Source: Shigella phage ESh27
Sequence record: ON528737
Strand: one strand, 5' to 3'
DNA: 64,000 nucleotides
Shown here: positions 59,609 through 64,000 of the stretch, piece after piece
Position numbering within the stretch: the stretch's first letter is position 1
Layout of the letters: the number at the start of each line of letters is the position of its first letter
Position numbers and translations under genes: made by a program
Notes under the pieces: generated by a model
What the model was told of the DNA's origin: nothing
Seen by the model: the letters and a program-made list of their open reading frames with translations, nothing else
The model's database searches: none

Positions 59609-60100
59609 TTATTCCCACCAATCAAGAGCAAGAGTTACTTCGAACGTTTCAATCTCGTTATTGCTGTCCCAGTCAAGAGATACTTCACCAACGTTAGTAG
59701 GCCACAAGCCAACAATTTCAACTTCTTTAGTGACCGTTTTAGCATCACGAGCAAATTGACGAACGATAGCAGTCTTTTTATATTCAGCAGGTTTACCACC
59801 GGTAATTTCATTGCCTTGTCCTGCTGCAATACCTTGCCAATCAACAAATTTCTGACGAATACTATGAGCATCGTCGTTCATTACTGTAATAGTCCAATCA
59901 TCGAATGTACGGTCACCGGCCACGTTAATTTTACGGTTCATATAAGAAACAGGAACCTTTTCAACGATCGCAGCAGGAAGAGCAGTAGCACGACACTGGA
60001 AGCTAAAGTTTTGCCCAAGATAAGAGATTTCTACTTCGAACAGGTTAGGGCGAGCGAAATCACCAGATTCGAAGGCACGAGTTACGTCATCTACAAACAT
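59609..60100 (-). CDS. 19: gp19 tail tube protein
   Basis: 163 aa (T4 gp19 163 aa); synteny. Confidence 0.9.
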   Translation of the reverse strand: MFVDDVTRAFESGDFARPNLFEVEISYLGQNFSFQCRATALPAAIVEKVPVSYMNRKINVAGDRTFDDWTITVMNDDAHSIRQKFVDWQGIAAGQGNEITGGKPAEYKKTAIVRQFARDAKTVTKEVEIVGLWPTNVGEVSLDWDSNNEIETFEVTLALDWWE

Positions 60101-60172
60101 ATTAGCCTCTGTAGTAATATGGGCTTAGGATTAACCGGATGCCCATAGAATTAATTTTTAAACGATATAGTA

Positions 60173-60180
60173 TATTTATA
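60173..60180 (-). promoter_or_regulatory. late promoter TATAAATA (gene 19)
   Basis: Reverse-strand TATAAATA between gene 18 hairpin and gene 19 ATG. Confidence 0.55.
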
Positions 60181-60200
60181 TGGGCTACCGAAATAGCCCA
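60181..60200 (-). terminator. intercistronic hairpin after gene 18
   Basis: 7-bp stem TGGGCTA/TAGCCCA with loop CCGAAA, immediately upstream of the gene 19 late promoter. Confidence 0.4.
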
Positions 60201-60212
60201 TCAGGCGTCTTA

Positions 60213-62195
60213 TTAGCCACCTACAGCACCAATCAGTTCGTCGAAATCAGCACCAGTTGCTGTTGCTACAAAGTTCAACGTAATATAATTTATCGAGCGG
60301 GCAGGTTGTAAGTAGAAAGTAGCTACAAATTCATTACGGTCGATAACTGCTGGGGTGTTATTGGTAGTATCACAAACAACTTTAAAGTTATATACACCAC
60401 CGAGAGCTTTAATACCCTGTAGATATTGAGAAGTCTCTGTACGGAAAGAAGAACGGGTGAATGCGTTATTCAATTCAAACAGGCGATATTTGGATGCCGA
60501 ACCAATGTTCGTTTTAACCATGTTAAACAAACGACGTACGTTAATACGGTCAAATGGCGAAGGAACAGAAGTGGCAGTTTTATCACCATACAGAACATAT
60601 CCATCACCACCGGTACCAGTAACAGGGTTAATAGCTTCCTGATACAAACGATCTCGTTGTGCTTGACGAGTTTCAATTGCAAGCTTAATAACGTTAAGAA
60701 TTTGTCCACGGTTATAACCGGCTGGAGACATCCAAGGCTGAGAAATATTGTCTGTTCGAGCACAAAGACCGGCGATATCAGCAGCTAATGGAACCCAACG
60801 ATTCACATCGTTATATTTGTCATATTGATATTTATAGTTACCATCAATAGCAGCATAAGTAGAACTTATATTAAAGTTATTATCAGTGTAAGTTCCTGAC
60901 GCTGTACGCCAATCAACCAGATTATCAACTGCACGATTAACAGGAATACCAACTACAGCTGCACGTGGAGGCGAGCAAAGAACCAAGCAATCTTGACGAG
61001 AATCACCAATTGCTACAACGTGTTTCTGAACTGTAGAAGCAACTTCTAAAGATTCACCAGCACAAGAACCAGCAATAAACAGCTGTGCATTAACCGATTC
61101 ACGGTCAGCAAACAAATCCCAAGCTTCCATTAAATCACCGGCTTCAACCGTTTCATTAGATGATAAGCCACCATTCAGTTTGATTACGCCAGAGAAACCT
61201 TTTGGCCAACCTTGTGCCGTAGCGAAAATATAATTGCTTGCGCCTTTAGCAAAGAAATCGTCAATGAAGATATTGCTACCATAAATATCTCGTTCACCAC
61301 GTTTAGTAGAAAGAACTACGCTCTGGACTACCGCGTCGTTGCGACGAACGATAATTGCATATTGGTCGTCAGTCTGTGGACCGTACCCAAAGATTGCTTT
61401 AGCAGTAGAATAACGAGTGCCACCATCAGGATAAATTTTTAACTGGGCTGAAGCACCTTTGTCATAGTCTGCTTTAGATACGATTTCAATTTCGAGCTGG
61501 TCTCCAAGTTCACCTGGATAAAGAGCAACTACACCCGGGACACCATATTTTTTAATAGATTCTTGGAAAGTTAGAGAAGTAATAGCTTCTTCTGAAGTTT
61601 CAACTTCAGTCAACAGAATACCAGAATCCATTACAACTGAATCAATAGTAATTACTGCAGACAGACCAGAAGAAGACCCAGACATTTCGGCAGTCCAGTT
61701 TGAACCTAATTCAGGATATTCGCCGATTTCTTTCGCTTTAGCGATAATTTTACCTGAAGGAATAAAGATATTCAAAATTTTACCGTCAGAATCAACTGAA
61801 GTAACTTCACCGTCTGGTTCGATAACATCTGTAGAATATTTAACTACAACTTTATCACCGACTCTGTAGTTGGTGCCAGCCGAAGAAATAGTAAAATTAA
61901 TGTTTCCTGCCACAGGAGATGAGTTCTTAGCAGTATCACGATCAACAGCGCGTACAACACGAAGGTCATTACCATATTGAAGGAAGTTCATAGCAGACAT
62001 GAAATAATCTGCGGTGTCTGTGTTAGGAGTACCAAACATATCAACCAACGCAACTTCATCGGTGATTTGTTTAATCTGGAATGCAGGTCCCCATTGGAAT
62101 TTTCCAGCCAGGGCAGCAGTACCAGTGGAGTTATTAACTACAGTACTCTGTACGGTAGTTTCTTTGAGCTCAACGCCCGGAGAGAGAAGTGCCAT
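60213..62195 (-). CDS. 18: gp18 contractile tail sheath protein
   Basis: 660 aa (T4 gp18 659 aa); synteny; late promoter upstream. Confidence 0.93.
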   Translation of the reverse strand: MALLSPGVELKETTVQSTVVNNSTGTAALAGKFQWGPAFQIKQITDEVALVDMFGTPNTDTADYFMSAMNFLQYGNDLRVVRAVDRDTAKNSSPVAGNINFTISSAGTNYRVGDKVVVKYSTDVIEPDGEVTSVDSDGKILNIFIPSGKIIAKAKEIGEYPELGSNWTAEMSGSSSGLSAVITIDSVVMDSGILLTEVETSEEAITSLTFQESIKKYGVPGVVALYPGELGDQLEIEIVSKADYDKGASAQLKIYPDGGTRYSTAKAIFGYGPQTDDQYAIIVRRNDAVVQSVVLSTKRGERDIYGSNIFIDDFFAKGASNYIFATAQGWPKGFSGVIKLNGGLSSNETVEAGDLMEAWDLFADRESVNAQLFIAGSCAGESLEVASTVQKHVVAIGDSRQDCLVLCSPPRAAVVGIPVNRAVDNLVDWRTASGTYTDNNFNISSTYAAIDGNYKYQYDKYNDVNRWVPLAADIAGLCARTDNISQPWMSPAGYNRGQILNVIKLAIETRQAQRDRLYQEAINPVTGTGGDGYVLYGDKTATSVPSPFDRINVRRLFNMVKTNIGSASKYRLFELNNAFTRSSFRTETSQYLQGIKALGGVYNFKVVCDTTNNTPAVIDRNEFVATFYLQPARSINYITLNFVATATGADFDELIGAVGG

Positions 62196-62222
62196 TTTAA
62201 TTCCTCTTAATTTGCTTTATTT

Positions 62223-64000
<1,778 letters not shown>

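Noticed and set aside
59537-60148. 203-aa plus-strand ORF antisense to gene 19
   Set aside because: Overlaps the tail tube gene completely; spurious.

Overview
This window is a contiguous 64-kb segment of a T-even (T4/T2/T6-like, Tequatrovirus-type) myovirus genome, recognised from near-colinear gene order and strong protein-level resemblance to the T4 reference set (comparisons are from memory, not a database search). On the + strand it runs through an early-gene cluster (small ORFs, asiA), then the minus-strand late block t-38-37-36-35-34 (holin, T2-type gp38 adhesin, long tail fibre), then + strand rnh-dsbA-33-59-32-frd-td-nrdA-nrdB-denA-rnlA-alc-spanins-pseT-(DAHP synthase)-cd-31-rIII-30.x-30(ligase)-alt, then the baseplate hub cluster 54-48-29-28-27-51 (minus) and 26-25-uvsY (plus), uvsW/uvsW.1 (minus), a Seg-like GIY-YIG endonuclease, inh-hoc-rnlB (plus), and the head/tail late block 24-23-22-21-68-67-20-19-18-17 (minus; gene 17 runs off the window end). 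td and nrdB are uninterrupted (no group I introns). Regulatory signals are T4-like: GTTTAC-type early promoters, MotA-box middle promoters, TATAAATA late promoters, and recurrent UUCG-tetraloop terminator hairpins. The most unusual content is a complete DAHP synthase (aroG-like) gene between pseT and cd, a ~370-bp ORF-free inverted-repeat-rich region after rIII followed by a tiny basic-protein gene, a tandem pair of paralogous promoter+ORF cassettes, a Hoc with an extra Ig-like domain, and several clusters of small uncharacterised early ORFs in the usual T-even accessory slots. No rRNA, tRNA, CRISPR array or integrase was found.
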